A stretch of DNA of 64,000 bases, from contig CAWJKT010000011.1 in assembly GCA_963843375.1 (NCBI GenBank), positions 160,001-224,000 on the forward strand, in the 5' to 3' direction. How positions within the stretch are numbered: position 1 is the first letter of the stretch; each line of letters opens with the position of its first letter. This DNA comes from an uncultured Pseudomonadota bacterium. GTDB lineage: Bacteria > Oederibacteriota > Muellerivitia > Muellerivitales > Muellerivitaceae. Shown piece by piece: positions 1-10,743 of the stretch. Both the position numbers and the translations under genes were made by a program. Under the pieces are notes generated by a model that was not told the origin of the DNA, did no database searches, and worked only from the letters and a program-made list of their open reading frames with translations.

Positions 1-1
1 G

Positions 2-595
2 TCTTACCGTAGTTTCATCTTCTCAGGCATCATCGCCCAAACCGTTCTCTTCCAGGGTTTCTATGAGGGATCCTTCGGCGCCTTCGTGCGCATGTACTAC
101 CAGAAAATCTTCCAAGCCATCGCTATCACCCCCGTTACTCTCTCGGAAGTGCTTTGGGGAGAATTGTTGTGGGACGCCACCAAAGCCACAGTGGCGGCGG
201 AAGTGGTGGCTCTGATCGGGGTCACCACGGGGAGTTTTCATCCCTGGTGTCTTTTGACGCTTCTCCCGATTAGTTTCGCGGGAGCCTTTCTTTTTTCGGC
301 AATGGGGTTGGCATCAGCAGGCTTTTCCAGGACCATCGATGAACTCTCTTATCCGCAATATTTGCTCATCTTTCCCATGTTCCTTTTTTGCGGGGTTTTT
401 TACCCCATCGAAAATCTTCCTCCAGTATTGCAAACGGTCGCGTGGTTTTTCCCCCTGACTTCCGTGAACGCCATTGTCCGATTTTTGACTTTGGGCTTAC
501 CACCGGCTCCCCAGGCGGTTCCGCTGTTGTTGATTTGGCTTTTTCTCATGGTTTGGATATCCCGCCGCGCCATGTTTAAAAGATTGGTGAAATAA
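2..595 (+). CDS. ABC-2 type transporter permease (NodJ-like), 5'-truncated by window edge
   Basis: Frame is open from position 2 (SYRSFIFSGIIAQTVLFQGFYEGSFGAFVRM...). Hydrophobic helices and the PMFLFCGVFYPIENLP motif of ABC-2 permeases. Confidence 0.85.
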   Translation, partial: SYRSFIFSGIIAQTVLFQGFYEGSFGAFVRMYYQKIFQAIAITPVTLSEVLWGELLWDATKATVAAEVVALIGVTTGSFHPWCLLTLLPISFAGAFLFSAMGLASAGFSRTIDELSYPQYLLIFPMFLFCGVFYPIENLPPVLQTVAWFFPLTSVNAIVRFLTLGLPPAPQAVPLLLIWLFLMVWISRRAMFKRLVK

Positions 596-731
596 GGTTT
601 CCAGGAGATAGACACCGACCTTTTTTGGTGCTTCCGCTAACCCGATAAAACTATGGTACTATTTGCCGCAGGATCTATCCTTTACCCCTAGTTAAACGAT
701 TTGGAATTTATGAAACGCAATTTCGGTATCA

Positions 732-3549
732 ATGGCCTTTATTTTGATCGCGCTCTGTTTTATTTGGTTTTCAGGCTTTGGAGCAAGCCCCAGCAAGATA
801 TCCACTCCTTTCTCTCATAACAATTCATTCCATCCCGCACCCTATCGGCCGATCCATTTGGCTCAAAATTACGGCCAACTTCCAATGGCCTTTGAACCCA
901 ACCAAGGGCAGACCGATTCTCAAGTCCAGTACTTGGCGAGAGGCAGGGGGTACAATCTTTTTATTACCAATCAGGAAGCCGTCTTAGTCCTGAAAAAACC
1001 AACGGCAAATCCCCCCATTAGCCCTCCCCGAAAGAGGGCCAAAGGGTTTTCCCGGACATCCGTATTTTCGAAAGCTAAGGGAAATACTCCCCCTACCGTC
1101 ATCCATATGGAACTGGATGGCGCTAAATCGGGAGGTGTTTTTGAAAGTCTGGAGAAACTTCCCGGGATCAGCAATTATTTCATTGGAAAGGACCGTTCCA
1201 AGTGGCATCGGAACATTCCGCAATATGGCAAGGTCCAAACTTCCGACATTTATCCCGGCGTGGACCTGGTTTATTTCGGCAACCAGGGAAAGTTGGAGTA
1301 CGATTTTGTCGTTAAGCCGGGGGCCGACCCCAATGCCATCCACTTAAAATATGAAGGCGCCAAAGCCTCCCACGTCAATGCCCAGGGGGATTTGGAACTC
1401 GACACTGACCAGGGAACGCTTCTTTTCCGGGCTCCGTCCCTATACCAGGAATCCGAGGGACTAAAAAATTCCGTGGAAGGCCGTTATCGTTTGGATGAAG
1501 TTGGAAAGGTGGGTTTTGAGGTGAAGGACTACGACCGAACAAAACCCCTTGTTATTGACCCGGTGCTGGACTTTTCCACCTTTTGGGGCGGCAGCGGCCA
1601 GGATGAGAGTTTTGGCATCGCCTTGGATTCCTCCGGAAATGCTTACATTACAGGCAATACTCAATCCGCTGATTTTCCAACCGTAAATCCTTATCAAGGC
1701 GGTTTAGGTGTGGGATCGGGAGGGACGGCTTATCAGAACGCATTTGTAGCGGAAATCAATTCGGCCGGTACCGCCATGCTTTATTCCACTTACCTTGGCG
1801 GCAGTTATTATGACCAAGGCAATGCCATTGCCGTTGATTCCAACGGTGATGCCTATGTGTCGGGGTTTACCTATTCTCCCGATTTTCCAATTACTCCCGG
1901 AGCTATTCAATCCACCTTCGGAGCGTCAGGGACCTATACGCTCTATGATACGTACAACACCTTTGTGACCGAGCTCAATCCATCCGGTTCAGGACTCATT
2001 TATTCAACCTATTGGGGGGGATCGGTCGATGACATGGCCCTTGGCATTGCCTTGGATTCCAGTGGAGATGCCTACGTGACGGGGTTCACCTCATTCTCCG
2101 GATTTCCCCAAATATAATCCCATTCAGTCGAGTTTAGCCGGGACAGAAAATGCCTTTGTGTATGAGATCGGGCCTTCAGGTGGTTCGATTGTTTATTCCA
2201 CCTATTTGGGTGGGAATGGAACGGATGAAGGTGAAGGAATAGCGGTAGATGGAAGTGGAAATGCTTATGTCACTGGAAACACAACGTCCACCAATTTTCC
2301 CACCCAAAGTCCTTACCAGGGGGGGTTGCTGGGCGTACAAAACGGTTTTGTAACCAAGGTGAACGCCGGGGGAACGACGTGGATATATTCCACCTATCTG
2401 GGTGGAAGTGGCTCCGGTGGAGATGGAGGCGATGCTATCGCCGTGGATAATTCAGGGGACGCTTATGTGGTGGGTTATACCAGTTCCAACGATTTTCCCA
2501 CCCAGAGTCCCTTCCAGGGCACTTACGGAGGCGGGAACTATAACGCTTTCGTGACGGAATTAAATCCAAGCGCCTCGTCGCTTATCTATTCCACTTTCCT
2601 GGGTGGGAGTGGGGAAGATTACGCCGAGGGTGTGGCCTTGGACGGGTTAGGAGACGCCTATGTCACCGGATTGGCCTCCTCGCCAAACTTTCCTACACAA
2701 AATCCTATTCAAGCCAACCTTTCGGCTTCCGGAGTTAATGTTTTCATTTCAGAATTTGTTTACGGTGGTTCAGGACTTATTTTTTCAACTTATCTTGGTG
2801 GTTCAGGGGGAGGGGAGATTGGAAAGAGTCTTGCCACTGACGGTCAAGGAGATGTCTATGTGACCGGATATACTTTTTCTTCTGATTTTCCCACTCTCAA
2901 TCCGGTTCAAGGCCTATTTGGGGGAGATAATGATGCTTTTATCCTCGAAATCACTCAGCCTCTTCCGCCTACGCCTACGTTTACCCCTACAACCACTCCA
3001 ACATTCACCCCGACATCCACCTTTACGGCAACCCCCACCTTTACAGCGACTTTCACTTCCACTTTTACTCCTACGACTACTTTCACCTTCACCCCTACCG
3101 CAACCGCCACTCCGACCGCCACTTCTACTTGCACCAGCACCCCCACCGTGACGGCTTCATCCACTTCTACTAGCACATCAACCTTCACCCCTACCAACAG
3201 TCCAACGCCCACCATTACCACCACAGCCACACCAACCCTCACTTCTACACCCGTCATCATTTCGGTTACGGTCAGCTATCCCTATCCCAACCCGGTTAGC
3301 GGCACGGGGCCCCTTTCAATTCCAGTTCAGGCTCCCACGGGTTCGATGGCCCATTGGACGGTCTATACCACCGCTTTCCGAAAAGTTTATGACCACACCC
3401 AATCCATCCCTGGAAACAATGGCATCCTATCTTGGGATCTGCGGGATACCTGGGGAAGCCCGGTGGCAAACGGCGTTTATTACATCCGGGTCGCGGTGAC
3501 GGGCCTGACTTCAGGAACACAAATCCTAAAAGTATTGGTGATTCGTTAA
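732..3549 (+). CDS. Secreted SBBP beta-propeller repeat protein with Thr/Pro linker and C-terminal FlgD-Ig-like domain; one frameshift near 2110
   Basis: Signal peptide; N-terminal LPMAFEPNQGQ...LEYDFVVKPGADP domain; repeated YSTYLGG...IAVD..G.AYVTG.T.S..FP units; tail YPYPNP...WDLRDTWGSPVANGVYYIRV. ORFs 732-2117 and 2158-3549 join through an alternate frame reading KYNPIQSSLAGTENAFV. Confidence 0.85.
2960..3255 (+). repeat. Low-complexity Thr/Pro-rich coding repeat (TPTFTPT-like linker)
   Basis: Degenerate ACN-CCN codon repeats translating PTPTFTPTTTPTFTPTSTFTATPT... Confidence 0.9.
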
Positions 3550-3650
3550 AAGTATAGCGAAAAGTCACAAGTGCTATTCTTTCTTTGCCCATTGGGATTC
3601 TGGCTTTGGTAAACTAACCGCGCTAATCAAACTATATATATTTGGACCTT

Positions 3651-5177
3651 ATGAAATCTTTACAGCTTTTCATTCTCCTAACATTAAGCATGGTTAGTTG
3701 CTTCCTTTTTTCCTCCAATGCAGGGGCTTACACCTCTTCTGACTATTACAACGCGGGGCTCCAGCTTTATAACGCCAAGAATTATCAGCAGGCCATTCAG
3801 TATTTCGGCGCGGCGATAAGCCTGGATCCCAATAACGCGGCCGCCCTGCAAGGCCAAGCCAACAGCTATTACGTCCTTGGACAATTCCAGCAGGCTCTGA
3901 ACGATTATCAAAAAGTACAGGCGCTTCAACCCAACCCCCAACTGGCTTCGATGATCCAGGCCTTGCAGGCCAAGGTGGGTGCCGGATCTCCCGCTGCCGC
4001 CCCTCCTGTCCCCGGTTCCACTGCGGCTCCCCCCGTTCCCGGCGCTCCAGCGGGCGATTCCTTCTCCCAGGGCGTAGCCCTTTTCCAACAACAGCAATAT
4101 GCCCAGGCGGTTCCCCTCTTTCAAAAGGCCGTGCAGGAAAACCCAAAGGATTCCAAGGCTTACTATTATTTAGGCGTGGCCCAAGTACAGTCCGCAGACC
4201 TGAAGGATGCAGCGGTAGCCTTGGGGATTTCCAACAAGCTCAATCCCAATCCCTCGGTGGCCGCTTATGTGGATCAGGTCAAGGCCCGTCTATCACCCGA
4301 GGACCAGCAATGGGTGGACAACCAAATCGCGTCGGGGAACGCGGGCGGTAGCCAGTCGGCGTCGGCCTCCCAACCCAAGACTTTCGGTATCCGTCTTGAA
4401 CCCGGTTTTATTTTTCTGAGCATGTCGGACTTCACCACGAATGCTCAATCCCAACAAAATGAAGCCCTGTTGCTTCAACAATCGGGTGATACTTCATTAT
4501 CCTATAACGGAGTGGTTCCCACGGCCGCGCCCCGCATCGGAGCCGAACCCGTTCTCCGGCTCGGCCCCAATTTTGAAATCGGGCTTCCCTGGGCCATTAT
4601 TCCGGCGGGGACCGCAAGTGATACTCTCCAGGATAACGATGGCGACACCATTTCCGATTCCTACAACATCAACGCCTTTGCGATAGGTTTGAACCTGAGA
4701 TACCTTTTTGGATCAGGAAGTTTCCAGCCTTATATTGCGGCGGGACCGATGATTGTTCCGATCAATATCGGCTATTCTGCTGGGGCTACATTGGGGGGGT
4801 TATCCTATTACACGTCTTCGGGAAACTTTACCGGGGTAGACGTTGGAGGGCAGGCTTCTTTGGGGCTGGATTGGCACTTGGGCGATACGTTCGTTATTAC
4901 GCCCTATGCGGGTTACCAAATCGCCAGCGGAAATTCATTCCAATCTACGGTCAACACCACCGGGGGGACAAGCACAGGTCAAACGGCTCAATTAGAGGTG
5001 GTTCCAACTACATCTGGAAATGTCATTACTCCCGTTTCTAACGGTAAATTAATTTTACCCCTTCTCAATGGGACTACCTTTTTACCGGCAGGTTCGCAAG
5101 CTCCTTCTGGGTCCAGGCCGTTGGAATTGGACATGAGCGGTCCCTTCGGCGGCATTCAAATTTCGGCCTTCTTTTAA
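3651..5177 (+). CDS. Exported TPR-repeat protein with probable C-terminal outer-membrane beta-barrel
   Basis: Signal peptide, two TPR clusters separated by a Pro/Ala linker, alternating beta-strand pattern and terminal Phe (GIQISAFF). Confidence 0.75.
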   Translation: MKSLQLFILLTLSMVSCFLFSSNAGAYTSSDYYNAGLQLYNAKNYQQAIQYFGAAISLDPNNAAALQGQANSYYVLGQFQQALNDYQKVQALQPNPQLASMIQALQAKVGAGSPAAAPPVPGSTAAPPVPGAPAGDSFSQGVALFQQQQYAQAVPLFQKAVQENPKDSKAYYYLGVAQVQSADLKDAAVALGISNKLNPNPSVAAYVDQVKARLSPEDQQWVDNQIASGNAGGSQSASASQPKTFGIRLEPGFIFLSMSDFTTNAQSQQNEALLLQQSGDTSLSYNGVVPTAAPRIGAEPVLRLGPNFEIGLPWAIIPAGTASDTLQDNDGDTISDSYNINAFAIGLNLRYLFGSGSFQPYIAAGPMIVPINIGYSAGATLGGLSYYTSSGNFTGVDVGGQASLGLDWHLGDTFVITPYAGYQIASGNSFQSTVNTTGGTSTGQTAQLEVVPTTSGNVITPVSNGKLILPLLNGTTFLPAGSQAPSGSRPLELDMSGPFGGIQISAFF

Positions 5178-5488
5178 ACCACCCGCAGTCTCGCCTTTTT
5201 AAAGTTCAATGTCCTGTTGAGTTCCACTCCAAGAAATTCGCAATCGGATGAAGTCACTGACACCATCGCAACAATAAGCTTAAATCAAGGGGAGGTTGAA
5301 AGCAAAAAAGCCGACAGTGACGCTTTTTTGAACAACGGAAATCACCTTGTTTTTCAATCATATCCGCAAGGAGTGGTGAAAAATTAGACAGGAGTTTTGA
5401 TTTAACGGGCAACTTAAAATTGCACAAATAGATTCCTGCTTAACATTAAACCGAAAACAATCCGGGCCAAAAATGAAAGCCCTTTTAT

Positions 5489-5505
5489 TGGGCACAGTTC
5501 ATGCT
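5489..5505 (+). promoter_or_regulatory. Putative sigma-54 (-24/-12) promoter
   Basis: TGGGCACAGTTCATGCT: GG(5491-92)-N10-GC(5503-04), close to TGGCAC-N5-TTGC, in a ~480 bp intergenic region upstream of 5661. Confidence 0.4.
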
Positions 5506-5660
5506 CTTCAAATAGCCTGTAAGTCGCAGCGAGAATCAGTTTCAACGATGGGTTTCTGAAAAGACCCGTCTTCCATCCAAAACTTTCCTTTGTTTAAAGG
5601 CCTTCTGCCAAAGCCCGTTTTTCAGTCGCATTACTTCCACATTTTGTTGAGGGGGCACTT

Positions 5661-6032
5661 ATGCGGTTTATTGTTAGAATTCCGGAATTAGATTGTTCAA
5701 TCTATGAAGGTGAAGGCGGGAAAACTAACCTGGAACTTTTTCGTTTGATCCAAGAGCTGGAGAAGTCAGGGAAATTGGTGGAAGGAGGATTATTGGCCGA
5801 CGAAAGGGGCGGATTCCTTCTGATGGAATCAGGTTCTTTTTCCGAGCAGGAAACCCTGCTGGATTCCATTTTTGATCCCTCGCGCTATAAAGTGGAAAGT
5901 CATCCCATACTTCCTTTCAATGAATTATCCACTTTAATGAACAAAATGGAAAAGCTGGAAAAACCCGCCGTGAAGACGGTGATACACCGCAAGCACAAAT
6001 CCCGAAAAGCCCCTCAACCCGTGGGGGCTTAA
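5661..6032 (+). CDS. Hypothetical protein (possible dimeric alpha/beta-barrel, YCII/muconolactone-isomerase-like)
   Basis: SD GAGGGGG upstream; SGKLVEGGLLADERGGFLLME...VESHPI pattern. Confidence 0.55.
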   Translation: MRFIVRIPELDCSIYEGEGGKTNLELFRLIQELEKSGKLVEGGLLADERGGFLLMESGSFSEQETLLDSIFDPSRYKVESHPILPFNELSTLMNKMEKLEKPAVKTVIHRKHKSRKAPQPVGA

Positions 6033-6077
6033 GGGAACCTCAGGGTTTCTTTTACCCCAGGCTAAACGATCCGGGAA

Positions 6078-6479
6078 TTATTCTTCTTCGGGTTTTATTT
6101 CCAACCAGGCAAGTGCCTCGTTTTTTTCTGTGAAAACTTTGACGTTGAGCCCACGGTTGACGGCGACCGTTTCCCCGAATCTCTTGGGGTCAACCAGTGG
6201 ATGGTTTCCGACAAAAGCGAAGCGGCAACTGGGGATTTTTCCGGCTAATTTTTCATTGAGATACTTCTTCGCGGCAACCAGGGACAAGTTATAACGGTCC
6301 ATCGTGGACATTTCACCTTCCGCTTTGCAATAGTCGATTAAAAAGTTGGAAGGTTTATGTTTTTTACAAGCGTCGATGACTTGATCCGTGAATTGGTCGA
6401 TTAATGAAGATTCGAAAACACCCTCACAGGTCAACAAAAGGTACCCGGGTTTGATCTCAATTTTATAGTCGATGCTCAT
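6078..6479 (-). CDS. Hypothetical STAS/SEC14 (SpoIIAA-like) domain protein
   Basis: FGETVAVNRGLNVKVFTEKNEALAWL C-terminal motif typical of this small family. Confidence 0.7.
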   Translation of the reverse strand: MSIDYKIEIKPGYLLLTCEGVFESSLIDQFTDQVIDACKKHKPSNFLIDYCKAEGEMSTMDRYNLSLVAAKKYLNEKLAGKIPSCRFAFVGNHPLVDPKRFGETVAVNRGLNVKVFTEKNEALAWLEIKPEEE

Positions 6480-6738
6480 CTTGCCGCTTTGGGAGGTGCT
6501 ATTTTAGTGCCATCATTAGGACAATCTTTGTCCTCATAGCCCGAAGAAGTCAAGCTGTTCTATTCCTTGGGAAAATGGCTGTTTTCTATTGCTTGAATCA
6601 ACCTTAATCTTCAATTGTGGGGAAGAAACAAACGGCCAGGGAATAAAACCAGGGGGTCGATAAAATTGGCGATTTGTGTTCTTGATTTGAATGGAGAAGA
6701 GGAAGAATCGTAGACGCCTAAGAGGGCCTAACACCAGC

Positions 6739-6963
6739 TTATGACTGTACGGCGGCAATAACTTCTTTAAAGTCTTGGAACAATGCCGGTTGAACGATGG
6801 GGGTTTCTTCCGACGCCACATAGGGTTCCGCAGTCGTAAAGTCTTTTAACCGATATTCGACCGAGCCTTCAATATTGGAATACTCAGTTACTTGATCATC
6901 CGGTTTTGGGAATTCGGTGAACTGGTAAGGGGATGCTTCCTCGGGTTTGGCGAATGCGTTCAT
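6739..6963 (-). CDS. Small acidic hypothetical protein
   Basis: 74-aa ATG ORF in an otherwise empty region; no recognisable motif. Confidence 0.3.
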   Translation of the reverse strand: MNAFAKPEEASPYQFTEFPKPDDQVTEYSNIEGSVEYRLKDFTTAEPYVASEETPIVQPALFQDFKEVIAAVQS

Positions 6964-7135
6964 GTGTGTATTTTAACCCTCAAAATTAAAATTGGGAACC
7001 TTTTATTCTTTACATAGAAGGGTCTAAAATAGTTCGGTCAATAAGATTTGGGTCATATTTGAACGTCCAATCGGCATTTAAAGTAAGATTGTCAAAGCTG
7101 GTTTGCAGGGCCAATTCGCTTTTAAGGGGCATCCC

Positions 7136-9028
7136 ATGAGCGTCTCCGATACCGCAAAACACCTCACCGAGAAGGAAAAAGATTCCCTGGACGTGGCCGA
7201 GGGGGCCCGGGAAACGGAATGGACCCAGCCTAGTTTCGTGGCCGAGTTATTCATGGGCCGGTTCCGGACGGACCTTATTTCCCCCTATCCCCTCCAATCC
7301 CCCGATGACAAGACCATCGGCGACGAATTTATGGTCCGTTTGGAGAATTTTCTTAAAGATAATTTGGATCCGGATGAAGTGGACCGCACCGGTGACCTTC
7401 CTAAAAAAGTAATCGAAGGACTTGCCAAGTTAGGCTGTTGGGGCATGAAAATCCCCAAAGATTACGGAGGTTTGGGACTTTCGCAGATCAACTACAATCG
7501 GGCGGTGGCTCTGGTGGCTTCTTATTGCGGTTCGACGGCCGTATGGCTTTCCGCCCACCAATCCATCGGCGTTCCCCAGCCCTTGAAGCTTTTCGGCAGT
7601 GACGCCCAAAAGAAAAAATACTTCCCAATGTTTGCCAAAGGAGCCATTTCCGCCTTCGCCCTGACCGAGCCCGGCGTCGGGTCCGACCCCGCCCAAATGA
7701 CGACGGTGGCCGAACCTTCCCCCGACGGAAAAACATGGACCATCAACGGCAATAAACTTTGGTGCACCAATGGTCTGGTAGCTGATGTCATGGCGGTCAT
7801 GGCTCGAACCCCCTCTAAGATAGTGAACGGGAAAGAAAAAAAGCAGATCACGGCTTTTATCGTCGAAAAAGGGACGCCGGGAATCGAATACGTGAGCCGT
7901 TGCGACTTTATGGGTATCCGAGCTATTCAGAATGGCGTGATTAAATTCAACAACGTGAAAGTCCCAACCGAGAATATCCTTTGGGGCGAGGGTCTGGGGT
8001 TGAAACTGGCCTTGATCACTTTGAATACCGGAAGGCTCACCCTCCCCGCCGCCTCCGCCGGCATGAGCAAGCAAGCTTTGCAGATTGCCCGCAACTGGGG
8101 CAAGGAACGTGTGCAATGGGGTCAGCCCATCGGCAAGCATGAACCCGGCGCGGTGAAAATCGCCTATATGGCGGCTTCCACCTTCGCGCAAGAGGCAATG
8201 ACCTACTATACCTCGGCGCTGGTCGACCGGGGCGGGGCGGATATCCGTCTGGAAGCGGCGATGGCCAAGCTTTTCTGCAGCGAGGCTTCTTGGAAAATCG
8301 TGGACGACCTGATGCAACTCCGTGGCGGGCGGGGATACGAAACCGCCCAATCCTTGAGAACTCGGGGGGAAAAGGGTTACGCGGTGGAACGAATGATGCG
8401 CGATTCCCGCATCAATCGCATCATTGAGGGTACCAGCGAAATCCAACATCTCTTTATCGCCAGGGAGGCCTTGGACAAACACATGAGTCTTGCGGGGGAT
8501 CTCTTGAATCCCAAAGCTCCGATGGGCCGGAAGATGAACGCCCTCCTGAAATGCGCCGCCTTTTATCCTTTCTGGTACCTCCGGCTTTGGCTTCCCACGG
8601 GCCTTTGGCCTCGCTTTGCCGGACATGGATCGCTGGGAAAACATATGCGGTTCGTGGAATGCCGGTCTCGCAAACTAGCCCGCACCCTTTTCCATCAGAT
8701 GATCAAGTTCGGCCCTAAGCTGGAAAGGCGCCAGATGATCCTGGGTCGGCTGGTGGAGGTCGGGACTGAGCTTTTCGCCATGGCCGCTTCTTGCGCCAAG
8801 GTTATGGAACTGGAAAAACAAAATCCGAGCGAAAACGGCCCCCGCGAGTTAGCCGATCTCTTCTGCCGCCAGGCACGCTTGCGCATCGGGCAATATTTCC
8901 GGGGCGTCTGCTGCAACACTGACGTGAAGGATTCCAAGGCTGCGGTGAAGGCCATGGAAGGCGGCTATGAGTGGATGGAAAAAGGAATCATCGTGGATGA
9001 TGGGGAAGGTTTCAAAGCCAAGAAGTAA
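7136..9028 (+). CDS. Acyl-CoA dehydrogenase (ACADVL-like, with C-terminal extension)
   Basis: AFALTEPGVGSD, INGNKLWCTNG, LNTGRL, QLRGGRGY and RIIEGTSEI motifs. Confidence 0.95.
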   Translation: MSVSDTAKHLTEKEKDSLDVAEGARETEWTQPSFVAELFMGRFRTDLISPYPLQSPDDKTIGDEFMVRLENFLKDNLDPDEVDRTGDLPKKVIEGLAKLGCWGMKIPKDYGGLGLSQINYNRAVALVASYCGSTAVWLSAHQSIGVPQPLKLFGSDAQKKKYFPMFAKGAISAFALTEPGVGSDPAQMTTVAEPSPDGKTWTINGNKLWCTNGLVADVMAVMARTPSKIVNGKEKKQITAFIVEKGTPGIEYVSRCDFMGIRAIQNGVIKFNNVKVPTENILWGEGLGLKLALITLNTGRLTLPAASAGMSKQALQIARNWGKERVQWGQPIGKHEPGAVKIAYMAASTFAQEAMTYYTSALVDRGGADIRLEAAMAKLFCSEASWKIVDDLMQLRGGRGYETAQSLRTRGEKGYAVERMMRDSRINRIIEGTSEIQHLFIAREALDKHMSLAGDLLNPKAPMGRKMNALLKCAAFYPFWYLRLWLPTGLWPRFAGHGSLGKHMRFVECRSRKLARTLFHQMIKFGPKLERRQMILGRLVEVGTELFAMAASCAKVMELEKQNPSENGPRELADLFCRQARLRIGQYFRGVCCNTDVKDSKAAVKAMEGGYEWMEKGIIVDDGEGFKAKK

Positions 9029-9052
9029 AAAAAATCCAAGTCTTGAGGTTTT

Positions 9053-9572
9053 ATGCGGATTAGGCCGGGAACCCAAGCCGACATTGAGGAAGTCTCCCAT
9101 GCCTATGCCGAGGCCTGGCGGACGACCTACCAGGGCATTACCCCCGATGCTTTTGTCAAAGGCATGACGGCTGGGGCGGCAGCTCAAATCTTCAGGGACA
9201 GCCTCCAACCCAACGAGTTTTCCTATTTCTTTTACGTGGCCCAGGCCCCCGGTGGCCGCCTGGTGGGATTCGCGGACGGAGGTAAGGAACGGAGTAACCC
9301 CCAAAGCGGGCTGGGTGAACTTTACGCCATTTATCTTCTGAAGGAATTCCAGCAGCAGGGCGCGGGTCGGAAACTTTTTGAGGCCTCGGTTGAAAGCCTG
9401 CTTAGGTCAGGCATGACATTCCATGGTCGTATGGGTCCTGGAGCCCAGTCCTTACCGAAAATTTTACGAATCACTGAATGGGAAGTTGGAAACCGGGCGG
9501 AAAAATTTGGTGGTTGCCGGAACCCGATTGACTTTGGTGTCTTACAGGTGGGACGATCTCAGTTCTATTTGA
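9053..9572 (+). CDS. GNAT family N-acetyltransferase; frameshift near 9420
   Basis: ELYAIYLLKEFQQQGAGRKL acetyl-CoA motif. Shifted frame gives the canonical end SMVVWVLEPSPYRKFYESLNG...SYRWDDLSSI* (TGA 9570-9572). Confidence 0.85.
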
Positions 9573-9584
9573 AAGGAAAAAACC

Positions 9585-10697
9585 TTGTCCGAATTTTCCG
9601 CTACCCCCGAAGGAACAAAAGAGTACGCCACCCGCTTTCCTGATTTTGTCAAAACCGGGCATTACCGGGATTTCATGGGGTTGGTCGTTTCCTCCCTGGG
9701 ACTGGGCACCTACCTGGGAAACCAGAATGAAACGGACGACCAATTGTATATAGAAGCGATCAAGGTTGCCCTCGCTTCGGGAATCAACCTGATTGATTCG
9801 GCTATCAATTACCGCTGTATGCGAAGCGAGCGCAACATCGGGAAGGCTCTGAGGGATTTAATCAAAGAAGGGAAAATCAAAAGGGAAGAGATCGTGCTCT
9901 GTACCAAGGGCGGTTTCATTCCCTTTGACGGGGAACCACCCGTCAGCATGCCCCACTATTTTCAGGATACTTACGTCAAAACCAAAATCTGCAAGCCGGA
10001 AGACTTGGTGGCGGGTTGCCATTGCATGACCCCGGCTTATCTGCGCAACCAAGTCGGAAAGTCCCTCCAAAACCTCGGTGTGGATTGCATTGACCTTTAT
10101 TACCTCCATAATCCCGAAACGCAGTTGGACGAAACCTCCAAAGAGGATTTCTATTACCGCTTGGGATTGGCTTTTGAGGAGTTGGAAAAATTGGCACATG
10201 AAGGAAAGATCAAGGCTTACGGCACCGCCACTTGGAACGGCTATCGGGTTTCCTCCGACAGCCCGGAGTATCTTTCGCTTCAGGATGTTTTGAAAACGGC
10301 GGAAAAGGCGGGAAAGGGTTCCCACCATTTCAAAGCCCTCCAACTTCCTTATAACCTGGGAATGGCCGAGGCCATCGGGGTGGACAACCAGGTTTTGGGG
10401 TCGCAAACGGTTTCGCTGCTTCAAGCCGCCCATGCCAACGACGTCGCGGTTTTCACCAGCGCATCGATCCTCCAAGCCCGTTTGTCCCGCAACCTTCCTC
10501 CAGTGGTCGCCAAGACTTTTACGGGTTTGGAGACCGACGCCCAGAGAGCTATCCAGTTTGTTCGCTCCTCGCCAGGGGTAACATCAGCTTTGGTAGGCAT
10601 GAAAAAGAAAAACCATGTGGAAGAGAACCTGAAAGTGGCCCGAGTCCCGCCCGTATCACCCGATAAATTAAAGCTTTTGTTTTCCGAGGGAGCTTGA
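9585..10697 (+). CDS. Aldo/keto reductase
   Basis: SSLGLGTY, GINLIDSAINY, CTKGG, IDLYYLHNPE, LVGMKKKNHVEEN. Confidence 0.92.
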   Translation: MSEFSATPEGTKEYATRFPDFVKTGHYRDFMGLVVSSLGLGTYLGNQNETDDQLYIEAIKVALASGINLIDSAINYRCMRSERNIGKALRDLIKEGKIKREEIVLCTKGGFIPFDGEPPVSMPHYFQDTYVKTKICKPEDLVAGCHCMTPAYLRNQVGKSLQNLGVDCIDLYYLHNPETQLDETSKEDFYYRLGLAFEELEKLAHEGKIKAYGTATWNGYRVSSDSPEYLSLQDVLKTAEKAGKGSHHFKALQLPYNLGMAEAIGVDNQVLGSQTVSLLQAAHANDVAVFTSASILQARLSRNLPPVVAKTFTGLETDAQRAIQFVRSSPGVTSALVGMKKKNHVEENLKVARVPPVSPDKLKLLFSEGA

Positions 10698-10743
10698 GTC
10701 TAACTAAATACGTTTGAACCGCCTGGTTCAACCTGTTTGATTT

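Noticed and set aside
2955..3260. Val/Gly-rich minus-strand ORF and repeat-like DNA
   Set aside because: Antisense shadow of the Thr/Pro linker; no constant repeat with unique spacers, so not a CRISPR array.
7430..8644. 404-aa minus-strand ORF
   Set aside because: Fully antisense to the acyl-CoA dehydrogenase, with no motifs.
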